Below, piece by piece: positions 13,588-23,641 of a stretch of 59,264 bases of DNA. The stretch covers positions 1 to 59,264 of the forward strand of contig JAKALQ010000004.1 of NCBI GenBank assembly GCA_021824095.1, in the 5' to 3' direction. Every line of letters begins with the position of its first letter. Positions within the stretch are counted from its first letter, which is position 1. Below the pieces are notes generated by a model. That model did no database searches, had not been told where the DNA came from, and saw nothing but the letters and a program-made list of their open reading frames with translations. The DNA comes from Actinomycetes bacterium. Its GTDB lineage: Bacteria; Actinomycetota; Actinomycetes; S36-B12; UBA5976. The translations under genes were made by a program, and so were the position numbers.

Positions 13588-13973
13588 TGTCCCTGTCGGT
13601 GTCGCTCGTGTCCGCGGAGCGCAAGCTCTGGAGTGGTGCGGCCACGTCCGTCATCGCGCGGACGGCCGAGGGCGAGATCGGCATCCTCTCGGGGCATGAG
13701 CCGGTGCTCGCCATCCTCGCCGACGGTGGCGTCGTGCGCATCGAGAGCGAGGGTGCCGGCCGCATCACGGCGGCCGTCCATGGTGGCTTCCTCTCGGTCG
13801 ACCATGACGAGGTGATCCTCCTCGCCGAGGTGGCCGAGCTGGCCGATGAGATCGATGCCGCTCGCGCCCAGGCCGCCCTTGATCGGGCACGCAGCGAGGA
13901 GTCGGAGGCGGCCACCGCGGCTGCCCACCGTGCCGAGGCTCGTCTGCGCGCCGTCGCCGGTGTGCACCACTAG
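13587..13973 (+). CDS. atpC: ATP synthase F1 subunit epsilon
   Basis: [18 protein letters not shown]. Confidence 0.97.
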
Positions 13974-13988
13974 GGACTGCCACGCACC

Positions 13989-14023
13989 ACGAAGGCCCGC
14001 CCCCTCGGGGAGCGGGCCTTCGT
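13989..14023. terminator. Intrinsic terminator-like hairpin between convergent atpC and Lrp gene
   Basis: 12-bp stem ACGAAGGCCCGC/GCGGGCCTTCGT. Confidence 0.75.
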
Positions 14024-14034
14024 CGTCCCTGGGA

Positions 14035-14487
14035 TCAGGCGGGCAGGGGGCGATCGCGCACCACGTGCTTCATCACCATGGTGGAGCGGGTGCGCTGCAC
14101 GCCCGGGAGGGAGGCGATGCGATCGTCGAGCAGTTGCTGGAAGGCCGGTAGGTCGCGGCTCACGACCCGCAGCAGGAAGTCAGGGTCCCCGAAGAGGCGC
14201 TGCGCCTCGATGACGAAGGGGATCTGCGCCACCGCCTCCTCGAAGGCGGCGATGGTGGCACGGTCGGCCTGCTGCATGGTGATGAAGACGACGGCCTCGA
14301 AGCCGAGGCCGAGGGCCTCCCGGTCGAGCACGGCGCGATAGCCCGTGATGACCCCGCTGCGCTCGAGGTCGCGCAGGCGGCGGTGGCAGGGGGAGACGCT
14401 CAGCTGCACCCGGGCGGCGAGGTCGGTGACGCTGAGGCGCCCCTCATGCTGCAGCACGGCAAGAATTGCCCGATCGATGGCATCCAT
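14035..14487 (-). CDS. Lrp/AsnC family transcriptional regulator
   Basis: MDAIDRAIL..L...GRLS...LA..V.LS...C.RR HTH; divergent from azlCD. Confidence 0.95.
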   Translation of the reverse strand: MDAIDRAILAVLQHEGRLSVTDLAARVQLSVSPCHRRLRDLERSGVITGYRAVLDREALGLGFEAVVFITMQQADRATIAAFEEAVAQIPFVIEAQRLFGDPDFLLRVVSRDLPAFQQLLDDRIASLPGVQRTRSTMVMKHVVRDRPLPA

Positions 14488-14567
14488 GGCAAGAAGTTAC
14501 CTCGGATCGGGCGAAATCGGGAGAACATCGCAAGCACCTTCGCAGGCGTTCGACGTAGTTTGCCTCC

Positions 14568-15335
14568 ATGGCTCGCACGGATCCCGACGCCCCCGCCAGC
14601 ACCGCCTGGCGGATCGAGCGCGCCGCTCTGCTCCGCACCTCCCTCGTCGTCGCGACCGCGGTGGCCGTGTACGGCCTCTCCTTTGGCGCGCTCGCCGTGG
14701 CTGCCGGCTTCTCGCTGGCCCAGACCTGCGCCATGTCCCTGTTCATGTTCAACGGGGCATCCCAGCTCGCCTTCGTCGGCACCCTCGGGGCGGGTGGCTC
14801 GATGCTGGTGGCCGTGGCCTCGGCGCTGCTCATCGGCGCCCGCAATGCCTCCTACGGTGTGCGCCTGGCGCCGCTCCTCGGCATCCGTGGCCTGCGGCGG
14901 ATGCTTGCCGCCGTCGTCACCGTCGATGAGTCCACGGCCCTCGCGATGGCCAACGAGCGGGCGGACGACCGCGGTCGCGCCGGCCGCTTCGGCTTCTGGA
15001 GCGCCGGCGTGGCGGTGTACCTGCTGTGGAACCTCACGACGGTCATCGGTGCCATTGCCGCACAGCACCTCGGTGACCCGCGTGCACTCGGCCTCGATTC
15101 CGCCGTTGCCGCCGGCCTCGCCGCCCTCGTCTGGCCCAGCCTGCGCGATGCCGCGACGCGCAGGGCCGCTGCGGTCGCCGCCCTCGTCGCCATCGCCCTG
15201 ACGCCCGTGGCCCCCGCCGGCGTGCCGGTCATCCTCGCCGGCCTGGTGGCCGTGGCCGTCGTAGTGCGGGTCGATCGAGCCCTGCCGTCGCGGTCCGCCG
15301 CACTCCCACGGGACGCCTTCGGGACGGCCGCCTGA
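14568..15335 (+). CDS. azlC: AzlC-family branched-chain amino acid exporter, large subunit
   Basis: GLSFGAL, MS...F.GASQ, RN..YG, DESTA. Confidence 0.88.
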   Translation: MARTDPDAPASTAWRIERAALLRTSLVVATAVAVYGLSFGALAVAAGFSLAQTCAMSLFMFNGASQLAFVGTLGAGGSMLVAVASALLIGARNASYGVRLAPLLGIRGLRRMLAAVVTVDESTALAMANERADDRGRAGRFGFWSAGVAVYLLWNLTTVIGAIAAQHLGDPRALGLDSAVAAGLAALVWPSLRDAATRRAAAVAALVAIALTPVAPAGVPVILAGLVAVAVVVRVDRALPSRSAALPRDAFGTAA

Positions 15336-15643
15336 TGTGGGGCCCACTCGGCGCCACCGCGCTCGGGCTCTACCTCGAGAAGCTGGCGGGGTACCTGCTG
15401 CCCGCATCGGTGCTCGAGCAGGCAAGCGTTCGTCGGATCGCCGCGTTGTTGCCCATCGCACTGCTCGCGGCCATCGTCGCCGTGCAGACCGTGGGATCCG
15501 GGCGTGGGGTGGCCCTCGACGCGCGCATCCCCGGTCTCGCGGTCGCCGTGGTGCTGCTCTCGCGGCGCGCCAACTTCCTCGTCACGGTGGTGGGAGCGGC
15601 GGCCACGACGGCCATCGTCCGACACCTCGGCTGGATGGCGTAA
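15335..15643 (+). CDS. azlD: AzlD-family small subunit
   Basis: KLAG, LP.ALLAA..A.QT, DAR; coupled to azlC. Confidence 0.85.
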   Translation: MWGPLGATALGLYLEKLAGYLLPASVLEQASVRRIAALLPIALLAAIVAVQTVGSGRGVALDARIPGLAVAVVLLSRRANFLVTVVGAAATTAIVRHLGWMA

Positions 15644-15703
15644 GCACAGCCCGGCCCATGGCCGGTCCCATGCCCGGCTGTGGCCGTGGCGCCCCCGAGC
15701 GCC

Positions 15704-17395
15704 TCAGTGCGCGGGATGGGCCATGTGCACGCGATTGCCGCCGGCGCGCTTGGCCTCGTACATGGCGGTGTCGGCCCGCTCGAGCACGGTGTCCGTGGCA
15801 TCGCCGGTGGTCGCCGCGCAGACGCCGATGCTTGCCGTCACATGCACCTCGTCGTCACCGAGCAGCACCGGGGCGCTGATGGCCTCGAGCAGCTTGTGGG
15901 CCGTGAGCCCGGCGTCCGCAGTGTCGCGCAGGGCGGTGAGGAAGACGAGGAACTCGTCGCCGCCGATGCGCGCCACGAGGTCGCCGCGGCGGGTGGCACG
16001 GCGGATGCGGTGGGCCACCTCGGTGAGCAGCGCGTCACCTGCCGCATGCCCGAGCCGGTCGTTGACGGGCTTGAAGTCGTCGAGGTCGATGAAGAGCATC
16101 GCCATCGCCTGGCCGGACCGCACCGGGTGGGCCAGGATGGCAGCCACCTCGTCGATGACGGCGCGGCGGTTGTGCAGGCCGGTCATGGGGTCATGGTCGG
16201 CGAGGAAGCGCAGCAGTCGGCGCGCCTCATGGGCCTCGGTGATGTCGGCGAACTGCTCGACGTACCCCACCGGCTCTCCCGCGCGATTGCGCAGCACCCC
16301 GATGATGCGGTCGATCCACACGTCCTGCCCATCCGGTCGTGCGATGCGCTGCTCCGGCAGCGTCACACCCTGGGTGCCGGTGCGCAGTTCGACGCGCGCC
16401 GCCAGATCGGCCGTGTCCTGCTCGGGGCCGAGGAGGTCGCACAGGGGATGGCTCAGCAGCCATGCCTCGTCACGCCCGAGCAGCCGGCACAGGGCGGGGT
16501 TCACCTGGCGGAAGTGCCGGTCAAGGTCCACGAGGGCCATGCCCGTGGGTGCCGACTCCATGGCGAGTCGGAAGCGTGCCTCACTGCGCAACAGTTGCTC
16601 CTGCTGCGCGTGGCGCTCGGTGGCGTCGCGGAACGTGTACACCACGCCATCGCCGACTCGGACGGCCCGCAGGTCGAGGAAGATGGGGCTGCCATCCCGC
16701 AGGCTGTCGACGGGGTAGTCGTCGATTGCCACCGGGGTGCCGCGTTCGATGACGTTGCAGAGCATGGTGAAGATGGGCGACTCGTAGCGCTCCGGCACCA
16801 GTTCGCGGAAGGAGCCGCCGGGGATGCGCGCGATGTCGATGCCGAGGTAGCGAGCGAGGGCGGCGTTGCCCTGGACGCCACGGAGGTCGACGATGCGGCC
16901 GTTCGCGTCGCGCTCGGCCGTGAGCATGACCAGCGGATCGATGAGGGCGTCCTGCATCGCGGCGAGCTGCTCCCGGGCCGCCTCCAGTTCCGTGACGTCG
17001 TGCAGGCCGAGCACCGCACCAAGCACGGTGCCGTCGACGTCGTGGACCACGTGGGCCTGGGCGATGAAGGCCTTCATGACCCCGTCGCGCGTGGGGACGT
17101 GGACGAGTGAGCGACTCAGCCCCCCGCCCTCATAGACCTGGGCGCGATTGCTGGCGCCGAGGTCGGCCTCCTCCGGAGGCACCATGCTGAGGACCGGCCG
17201 GCCGATGAGCTCCGCTGGGCGATACCCCAGCACGCGCTCGACAGAGGGGGAGACCCAGGCGAAGGTGCCATCAGGGTTGGAGCGGATGACGATGTCGGTG
17301 GCGTGCTCGGCGATCGCCTGCAGCTCCCGTTCCAGGGCCGTGGGCCGAGGGGCACCCGAGCCTGCTGCGCCGGGCTCGACCGCGGGGTGCGTCAT
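15704..17395 (-). CDS. Multi-PAS diguanylate cyclase
   Basis: PAS motifs (WVSPSVERVLGY, VNPALCRLLG); DPMTGLHNRR, DLDDFKPVND, intact GGDEF with RxxD I-site. Confidence 0.93.
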   Translation of the reverse strand: MTHPAVEPGAAGSGAPRPTALERELQAIAEHATDIVIRSNPDGTFAWVSPSVERVLGYRPAELIGRPVLSMVPPEEADLGASNRAQVYEGGGLSRSLVHVPTRDGVMKAFIAQAHVVHDVDGTVLGAVLGLHDVTELEAAREQLAAMQDALIDPLVMLTAERDANGRIVDLRGVQGNAALARYLGIDIARIPGGSFRELVPERYESPIFTMLCNVIERGTPVAIDDYPVDSLRDGSPIFLDLRAVRVGDGVVYTFRDATERHAQQEQLLRSEARFRLAMESAPTGMALVDLDRHFRQVNPALCRLLGRDEAWLLSHPLCDLLGPEQDTADLAARVELRTGTQGVTLPEQRIARPDGQDVWIDRIIGVLRNRAGEPVGYVEQFADITEAHEARRLLRFLADHDPMTGLHNRRAVIDEVAAILAHPVRSGQAMAMLFIDLDDFKPVNDRLGHAAGDALLTEVAHRIRRATRRGDLVARIGGDEFLVFLTALRDTADAGLTAHKLLEAISAPVLLGDDEVHVTASIGVCAATTGDATDTVLERADTAMYEAKRAGGNRVHMAHPAH

Positions 17396-17487
17396 GCGCT
17401 GTGGGCGTGGTGGTCCTGCCGCATGGTCACGCCTCCCTGCTGCGGGCGCCCAGCCCACGCACCGACAGCGTAGTCACGCGGGTGACA

Positions 17488-17501
17488 TAGGGGTACCCCT
17501 A
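17488..17501. promoter_or_regulatory. Perfect 14-bp palindrome TAGGGGTACCCCTA, candidate operator upstream of the diguanylate cyclase
   Basis: Palindrome seen directly about 90 bp upstream of the start; function inferred. Confidence 0.4.
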
Positions 17502-17562
17502 CGTGTTGCACAAGGCGCGAGGTGCCGCGACGACCTTGACCGGTCCGTGGGTGGCGGGGTGC

Positions 17563-18162
17563 CTACTCCTCGACGACGCTCCCGTGCTCGCCCGGCTTCC
17601 ACAGCACGTCGCCCCGCTCGCGGTTGGCGTGGCGGGCGAGGATGAAGAGCAGGTCCGACAGGCGGTTGAGGTAGGTGGCCGTGCGACGGTTGACGCCGCC
17701 GTCGATGTCGAGGCCGTAGCGGGTGATGGCATGCCAGACCGAGCGCTCGGCGCGTCGCACCGTCGTGCGGGCCACGTGCAGCAGGGCCGCACCGGGCGTG
17801 CCGCCGGGCAGCACGAACGAGCGCAGGGGCGCCAGGTGCTCGAGGTAGGCGTCACACGCCTCCTCGAGGGTGGTGATGTAGGCCTCGGGGACGCGCAGGA
17901 TGGGGTGATCGGCCTTCTCGTGCAGGGGGGTGCAGAGGTCGGCCCCGACGTCGAGCAGGTCGTTCTGCACCCGCTCGAGCAGCGTCACCACGTCCGCATC
18001 GAGGTTGCCGAGGGCGAGGGCCACGCCGATGGCGGAGTTGGCCTCATCGACATCCGCGTAGGCGGCCAGCCGCGGGTCGGTCTTCTGCGTGCGTGTGAAG
18101 TCGCCGAGGGCGGTCGTGCCGTCGTCGCCGGTGCGGGTGTAGATGCGCGTGAGGTTCACCAT
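17563..18162 (-). CDS. Cob(I)alamin adenosyltransferase, PduO type
   Basis: [31 protein letters not shown]. Confidence 0.95.
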   Translation of the reverse strand: MVNLTRIYTRTGDDGTTALGDFTRTQKTDPRLAAYADVDEANSAIGVALALGNLDADVVTLLERVQNDLLDVGADLCTPLHEKADHPILRVPEAYITTLEEACDAYLEHLAPLRSFVLPGGTPGAALLHVARTTVRRAERSVWHAITRYGLDIDGGVNRRTATYLNRLSDLLFILARHANRERGDVLWKPGEHGSVVEE

Positions 18163-18222
18163 GGGGGCAAGGCTAATGTCACCGCGAACCGGCGCCCATG
18201 GGTGCCAACTACGCTTCCGCTC

Positions 18223-19479
18223 ATGGCAGCGATCCGGGTGTCGGGCGGTGCCCGGCTGGCAGGGTCGGTGCGGGTGACGGGCGCGAAGAACAGCGTCCTC
18301 AAGCTCATGGCGGCCGCGCTCCTCGCCCGCGGGTGCACGGTGCTGCATGAGGTGCCGGACATCCACGACGTCGAGATCATGGCCGAGCTGCTGCGTCGCC
18401 TCGGATGCAGCGTCGAGCGTGACCTTGCCGCGCGCACGCTTGCCATCACCGTGCCCGAGCACCTCGAGCACCGGGCCGACTACGACCTGGTGCGTCGCAT
18501 GCGGGCGTCCATCTGCGTCCTGGGGCCGCTCGTCACGCGCGTGGGGGCGGCGGACGTCGCCCTGCCCGGCGGCGATGCCATCGGCTCGCGTGGGCTCGAC
18601 ATGCACATCGACGGCCTCACTCGCATGGGTGCGACCGTGGCCAGCGAGCACGGCTACCTCGTCGCGCAGGCCCCGCGGCTGCATGGGGCCCACGTCGACC
18701 TTGACTTCCCGAGCGTTGGTGCGACCGAGAACATCCTCATGGCGGCAGTGCTCGCGGATGGCACGACCACCATCGAGAACGCGGCGCGTGAGCCCGAGAT
18801 CGTCGATCTGGCGGAGATGCTGCGCGCCATGGGGGCGCAGGTCGACGGAGCCGGCACCCCGACGATCACGGTCGTCGGCGTCGAGGGGTTGCAGCCCGTC
18901 GAGCACACCACGGTGCCCGACCGCATCGTCGCGGGCACCTGGGCCATTGCCGCCGCCATGACCCAGGGCGACGTCACGGTGCACAACGCACGCCCGGAGC
19001 ATCTCGAGCTTGCCCTCGATCGCCTGTCGCTGGCCGGTGCTGCCATCGATGCCACGGCGGACGGCCTGCGGGTGCGCATGGACCGTCGCCCCCGGGCCAT
19101 CGACATCGTGACGCTGCCCTACCCGGGTATCGCCACCGACTTCCAGCCCCAGTTCATCGCCCTCAACGCCGTGGCGGACGGTGCGGCCATGGTCACGGAG
19201 AACCTCTTCGAGGCGCGCTTCCGCTTCGTGCAGGAACTCGCCCGACTCGGCGCCGACGTGCGCACGGACGGTCACCATGCCCTCGTCCGCGGTCGGGCGC
19301 GGCTCAGCGGTGCACCAGTGGAGGCCACCGACATCCGCGCCGGTGCCGGCCTGGTGCTCGCAGGCCTGTGCGCGGACGGCGTGACGACGGTGCACGGTGC
19401 CGAGCACATCGACCGTGGGTACGCCGGCTTCGTCGAGGACCTGCAGGCACTCGGTGCGGACGCGGAGCGCCTGGCATGA
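18223..19479 (+). CDS. murA: UDP-GlcNAc 1-carboxyvinyltransferase
   Basis: [32 protein letters not shown]. Confidence 0.98.
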   Translation: MAAIRVSGGARLAGSVRVTGAKNSVLKLMAAALLARGCTVLHEVPDIHDVEIMAELLRRLGCSVERDLAARTLAITVPEHLEHRADYDLVRRMRASICVLGPLVTRVGAADVALPGGDAIGSRGLDMHIDGLTRMGATVASEHGYLVAQAPRLHGAHVDLDFPSVGATENILMAAVLADGTTTIENAAREPEIVDLAEMLRAMGAQVDGAGTPTITVVGVEGLQPVEHTTVPDRIVAGTWAIAAAMTQGDVTVHNARPEHLELALDRLSLAGAAIDATADGLRVRMDRRPRAIDIVTLPYPGIATDFQPQFIALNAVADGAAMVTENLFEARFRFVQELARLGADVRTDGHHALVRGRARLSGAPVEATDIRAGAGLVLAGLCADGVTTVHGAEHIDRGYAGFVEDLQALGADAERLA

Positions 19480-20147
19480 GGCTCGTCGTCGCCACCTGCT
19501 CGGTGGACTATGCCGGCCGTCTCTCGGCCCACCTGCCCATGGCGCCGCGGGTCATCATGGTGAAGGCCGATGGTTCGGTGCTCGTGCACTCCGATGGCGG
19601 CTCCTACAAGCCCCTCAATTGGATGAGCCCGCCGTGCTCACTGCACGTCGAGGACGTGGAGGGCCGCACCGTCTGGACCGTCGAGAACAAGGCCGGGGAG
19701 CGGCTCATCATCACCATCGATGAGGTGCACCATGAGCATGCCCACGAGTTGGGCGTCGATCCCGGGCTGCAGAAGGACGGTGTCGAGGCGCACCTGCAGG
19801 AACTGCTCGCGCTGCACATCGAGACCCTCGGTGCGGGGTACCGACTGATCCGCCGCGAGTACATGACCGCGATCGGGCCCGTCGACATCCTCGCCAAGGA
19901 CGATGCGGGCGGCACGGTCGCCGTGGAGATCAAGCGCCGGGGCGAGATCGACGGCGTCGAGCAACTCACGCGCTACCTCGAGCTGCTCAACCGCGATCCA
20001 CTGCTCGCGCCCGTGTCCGGGGTCTTCGCGGCGCAGGAGATCAAACCCCAGGCACGCACCCTCGCCGCGGACCGCGGCATCCGCTGCGTCGTCCTCGACT
20101 ACGACGTCCTGCGCGGCATCGAGGACCCCACCCTGCGACTCTTCTGA
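19476..20147 (+). CDS. nucS: Mismatch-specific endonuclease NucS/EndoMS
   Basis: MRLVVA.CSVDY.GRL.AHLP, KPLNWM, VDIL, EIKR, QLTRY. Confidence 0.97.
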   Translation: MRLVVATCSVDYAGRLSAHLPMAPRVIMVKADGSVLVHSDGGSYKPLNWMSPPCSLHVEDVEGRTVWTVENKAGERLIITIDEVHHEHAHELGVDPGLQKDGVEAHLQELLALHIETLGAGYRLIRREYMTAIGPVDILAKDDAGGTVAVEIKRRGEIDGVEQLTRYLELLNRDPLLAPVSGVFAAQEIKPQARTLAADRGIRCVVLDYDVLRGIEDPTLRLF

Positions 20148-20204
20148 GCGCCGGCCGCTGCGCTGCGGTCGACGGCTGCGGGTCAGCCGCTGCGGGCCAG
20201 CCGC

Positions 20205-20693
20205 TCAGGCGCGATCCACGGCCTCGAACGACGACACCGCCGCGTTGTCGAGCACGATCGGGAAGTAGCCGCGCGCATTGAGCGCGTCGAGCAGCTGGGC
20301 ACGATGCTCCGTCGCATGGTGCACGGTCTGCGCGAGGATCGTGAGGCGCTGGAAGGTGCGCACCGTGCCGTCGGGCAATGTGCGCTCCACCGGGCCGTCC
20401 TCGGTCGCCACGGCCCGCAGCAGATCGGCATCGATCGTGCGCAGGTCGTCGGCCAGTGCCCGCACCTCGGCCATGGTCGTCGGGATCTCGTACTCGCGCC
20501 ACGGCAGTTCGGGCAGCAGGCTGAAGCGCAGGCGCCCAGCCGTGCGCACGATGTGCTGCAGGATGCGTCCCGCCGTCCACTCCGGGTTCTCGATGTATGC
20601 CGCGAGGGCCTCGTCGGGCAGGGTGGCCACCGCGCGGTAGACCTCCTGGTTGGCCCACCCCATGTGCCGCAGCATCAGCGTCGTCATGTCCAT
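20205..20693 (-). CDS. DinB/DUF664-family protein
   Basis: H..WAN, IL.HI, H...HRAQ metal-binding histidines. Confidence 0.8.
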   Translation of the reverse strand: MDMTTLMLRHMGWANQEVYRAVATLPDEALAAYIENPEWTAGRILQHIVRTAGRLRFSLLPELPWREYEIPTTMAEVRALADDLRTIDADLLRAVATEDGPVERTLPDGTVRTFQRLTILAQTVHHATEHRAQLLDALNARGYFPIVLDNAAVSSFEAVDRA

Positions 20694-20893
20694 GCCCCCA
20701 TCCTGCCCGAGGGCGCCCTGCGGGTCGGCGCCGCCGGGGGAAGCCTGACGCGCGGCTGATGTGTCGGCACCGCCGTGGCGGGGATGCGACGACGGTGGTG
20801 CCGTGCCTGACGTCCCCTCGCGCAGCACAGGGCGCGGGAGCGCGCCTGTGCGTGACGGGCTACCCCGGTGCCGTCATCTGGGAGGATGCCGCC

Positions 20894-21196
20894 ATGGCGC
20901 GACGCAACAATCGGCGACGGGACGACGACGAGGGCCTCCGGCCCGGTGCGTCCTACGCCCAGCGCCGCGTGGTTGAGATGCCCGACGGCGAGTGGGTGGT
21001 GCAGTCCATCACCGGGTCGGCGTCGACCAAGCACTACCGCTGCCCGGGGTGCGATCAGGAGATCCGCCCCGCCACGCCGCACATCGTCGCCTGGCCCTTC
21101 GACACGGGCATGAGCGACGACTCCCGCCTGCAGGAGCGCAGGCACTGGCACACGCCGTGCTGGAATGCACGTGCCCGACGAGGACTCGCAAGGTGA
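20894..21196 (+). CDS. Conserved actinobacterial small Zn-finger-like protein (Rv1322-like)
   Basis: YRCPGCDQEI...H.VAWP...RRHWHTPCW. Confidence 0.85.
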   Translation: MARRNNRRRDDDEGLRPGASYAQRRVVEMPDGEWVVQSITGSASTKHYRCPGCDQEIRPATPHIVAWPFDTGMSDDSRLQERRHWHTPCWNARARRGLAR

Positions 21197-21200
21197 GCGC

Positions 21201-21941
21201 ATGAGCACACTCCTCCATGACACGGCGACCTGGCTGGTGTCACACAATCTCTCGGCACCGCTGTTCGCCCTGCTGCTCTTCTTCGCCTTCGCCGAGTCGG
21301 CACTGTTCCTCGGATTCATCCTCCCGGGTGAGACCTCGCTCGTCATCGGCGGCATGCTGGCCGCGCAGAAGGTGTGGGACCTCGGCGACTTCTTCACCTG
21401 GGCCATCATCTGCGCGATCGTGGGCGACTCGGTGGGCTATGAGTTCGGCCGTCACTACGGCCATCGCATCACCGGATCCTGGTTCGGCCGCAAGATCGGT
21501 GACCGACGATGGAAGGTGGCCCAGTACGTGTTGCAGCAGTACGGGCCGCAGACGGTGTTCTTCGGCCGAGCCCAGGCGCTGCTGCGTGCGCTCGTCCCCT
21601 CGCTCGCCGGCATGGCGCGCATGCCGTACCGGCAGTTCCTCAAGTGGAATGCCATGGGTGGCCTCGTGTGGGGCGGTGGGGTCGTCGTGCTCGGCTACGT
21701 GTTCGCACACTCGCTGCACCTGCTCGAGACGGCACTCAAGTACTGGTCACTCGTGCTCGTCGTCGGCATCGTCTTCGCCATCTGGCAGGCGCACAAGCAG
21801 ATCGACGCTGCGATGGAGCGGGTCGAGGCGCGCGTCATCGGCGAGGGTGAGCTGCTGAGCGATGCCGAGCGCCTCGAGTTCGTCGAGGAGCGCGTCGATC
21901 GCATCGAGGACCGGCTGGACGAGGAGGAGCCAGGTGCCTGA
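21201..21941 (+). CDS. DedA family membrane protein
   Basis: ES...G..LPGE, GD..GY..GR, F.GR, AG...MPY..F. Confidence 0.9.
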   Translation: MSTLLHDTATWLVSHNLSAPLFALLLFFAFAESALFLGFILPGETSLVIGGMLAAQKVWDLGDFFTWAIICAIVGDSVGYEFGRHYGHRITGSWFGRKIGDRRWKVAQYVLQQYGPQTVFFGRAQALLRALVPSLAGMARMPYRQFLKWNAMGGLVWGGGVVVLGYVFAHSLHLLETALKYWSLVLVVGIVFAIWQAHKQIDAAMERVEARVIGEGELLSDAERLEFVEERVDRIEDRLDEEEPGA

Positions 21942-22674
21942 GATCGCGGCGAACTCCGTCCTGCCCGCCCGGCGCGAGGTGGTGCGCTTCACGACGAGTG
22001 ACGGGGTGGTCATCGTCGGTGAGTTGGCCCTGCCCGAGCGTCCGCCGCGTCACACCATCGTGTGCCTGCACCCGAATCCGGTGCAGGAGGGCAGCATGGA
22101 TTCGCATGTGCTGCGCAAGATGGCCTGGCGTCTCCCCGCCATGTTCGACATCGCGGTGCTGCGCTTCAACTTCCGCGGTGTCACGTCTCGGGCCGGGACG
22201 AGCGGCGGCACCACCGACGCCGGCAATCGTGAGGGGCTCGACCTCGCCGCGGCATTGCGCTTCGTCGACGACCGCGGTCTGCCGGAGCCGTGGCTCGTCG
22301 GGTGGTCGTTCGGCACCGATGTGACGCTGCGGCATGCGGCGAACGCCCGCATCAAGGGCGCCGTACTGCTGTCGCCGCCGTTGCGCTGGACCGACACGGA
22401 CGACCTCGATCGGTGGGCGGCGAGCGGCAAGCCCCTCGTGTGCCTCGTCCCCGAGCACGACAGCTTCCTCAAGCCGGCCGAGGCGCGTGAGCGCTTCGCC
22501 CGTGTCCCGCAGGCCGTCGTCATCGAGGGCCCCGGCTCCAAGCATCTGTGGATCGGGGAGGTGTCGGTGCGGCAGGCGCTGCAGGGCATCGTCCACGCCG
22601 TCGTCGGGCCCGATGCCCAACTGCCCACCAGCTGGTCGGGGCCCATGGAACGCTGGAACGACCTCGCGTCATGA
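21934..22674 (+). CDS. Alpha/beta hydrolase
   Basis: HP.P...GSMD, LRFNFRG, GWSFG. Confidence 0.88.
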   Translation: MPEIAANSVLPARREVVRFTTSDGVVIVGELALPERPPRHTIVCLHPNPVQEGSMDSHVLRKMAWRLPAMFDIAVLRFNFRGVTSRAGTSGGTTDAGNREGLDLAAALRFVDDRGLPEPWLVGWSFGTDVTLRHAANARIKGAVLLSPPLRWTDTDDLDRWAASGKPLVCLVPEHDSFLKPAEARERFARVPQAVVIEGPGSKHLWIGEVSVRQALQGIVHAVVGPDAQLPTSWSGPMERWNDLAS

Positions 22675-23456
22675 CCGTGCTGCCCCACGATGCGCACGGC
22701 GTCGGGCCCACGCTTGTGCTGCTCCATGCCTTCCCGCTCGACCGGTCCCTGTGGGACGGCGTCGCATCGCCGGTGGCGGCCGCCGGGTGGCAGGTGCTCG
22801 TACCCGACCTGCCGGGCTTCGGCGCGGACGACGAGCCGGCGGCCAGCATCGACGCGATGGCCGATCGGGTGGCCGAGCTGCTCCAGCGGCGCAGCGTGCA
22901 CTCGGCGGTCATCGGCGGATGCTCGCTCGGCGGCTATGTGGCGCTGGCGTTTGCCGAGCACTACCCCGAGCAGACGGCGGGTCTCATCCTCGTCGACACC
23001 AAGGCGAGCGCCGATGACGATGCGGCGCGGGCGAACCGGGCGCGTATCGCCGAGCAGGTGGAGCGTTCGGGGTCGACGGCCGCGTTGGCTGCCACCCAGG
23101 CCGACGCCCTCCTCGCACCCGTGACGCGGGCGCGGCATCCGGAGGTGGCGGTGTGGCTGCACGACACCGTGCTCGCGCAGCGGCCGGCAACCGTTGCGGC
23201 CACGCAGCGGGCGATGGCGGCACGGCCGGCGCGCTTCGACGCCCTGCGCGCGCTGCGCGTGCCGGTGCTGTGCATGCGCGGTGCCGACGATCGCATCGCC
23301 TCGGCCGCGGACCAGGCGGCCATGGTGGCGGCCGCCGGTGACGCGCTCGACGTCACCTTGCCGGACGCCGGGCACCTGCTGCCGGTCGAGCAGCCGCAGG
23401 CGGTCGTGGACCAGGTGGTGGCCTTCCTGGCCCAGGTGCGCGGCCCCGTGTGCTGA
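22671..23456 (+). CDS. Alpha/beta hydrolase
   Basis: LLHAFP, DLPGFG, GCSLGG, G..D, AGH. Confidence 0.9.
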   Translation: MTVLPHDAHGVGPTLVLLHAFPLDRSLWDGVASPVAAAGWQVLVPDLPGFGADDEPAASIDAMADRVAELLQRRSVHSAVIGGCSLGGYVALAFAEHYPEQTAGLILVDTKASADDDAARANRARIAEQVERSGSTAALAATQADALLAPVTRARHPEVAVWLHDTVLAQRPATVAATQRAMAARPARFDALRALRVPVLCMRGADDRIASAADQAAMVAAAGDALDVTLPDAGHLLPVEQPQAVVDQVVAFLAQVRGPVC

Positions 23457-23641
23457 TGCCGGGCGCCCGTGGTGCGGCGCGGCGGCTTGCCGTGGTGTCA
23501 GGGCGGCTTGCCGTGGCGAGGGGCCGGCGTCCGGGTGTGGCGCGGCGGGCGCACCCGCTGGCCGTCCGCCGATGGCGAGCCTGCGATGCCGTGGCCCTGT
23601 CGGGGGCCCGTCCTAGCCTTGCGGCAGGAAGGTGGTGCGTC

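Noticed and set aside
23481-23522. 21-bp tandem GGCGGCTTGCCGTGG repeat
   Set aside because: Two short GC-rich units; no evidence of function
23617-23630. CCTTGCGGCAGG resembling the rifamycin-associated element
   Set aside because: Imperfect, lacks the outer arms, and lies before a thiolase rather than arr
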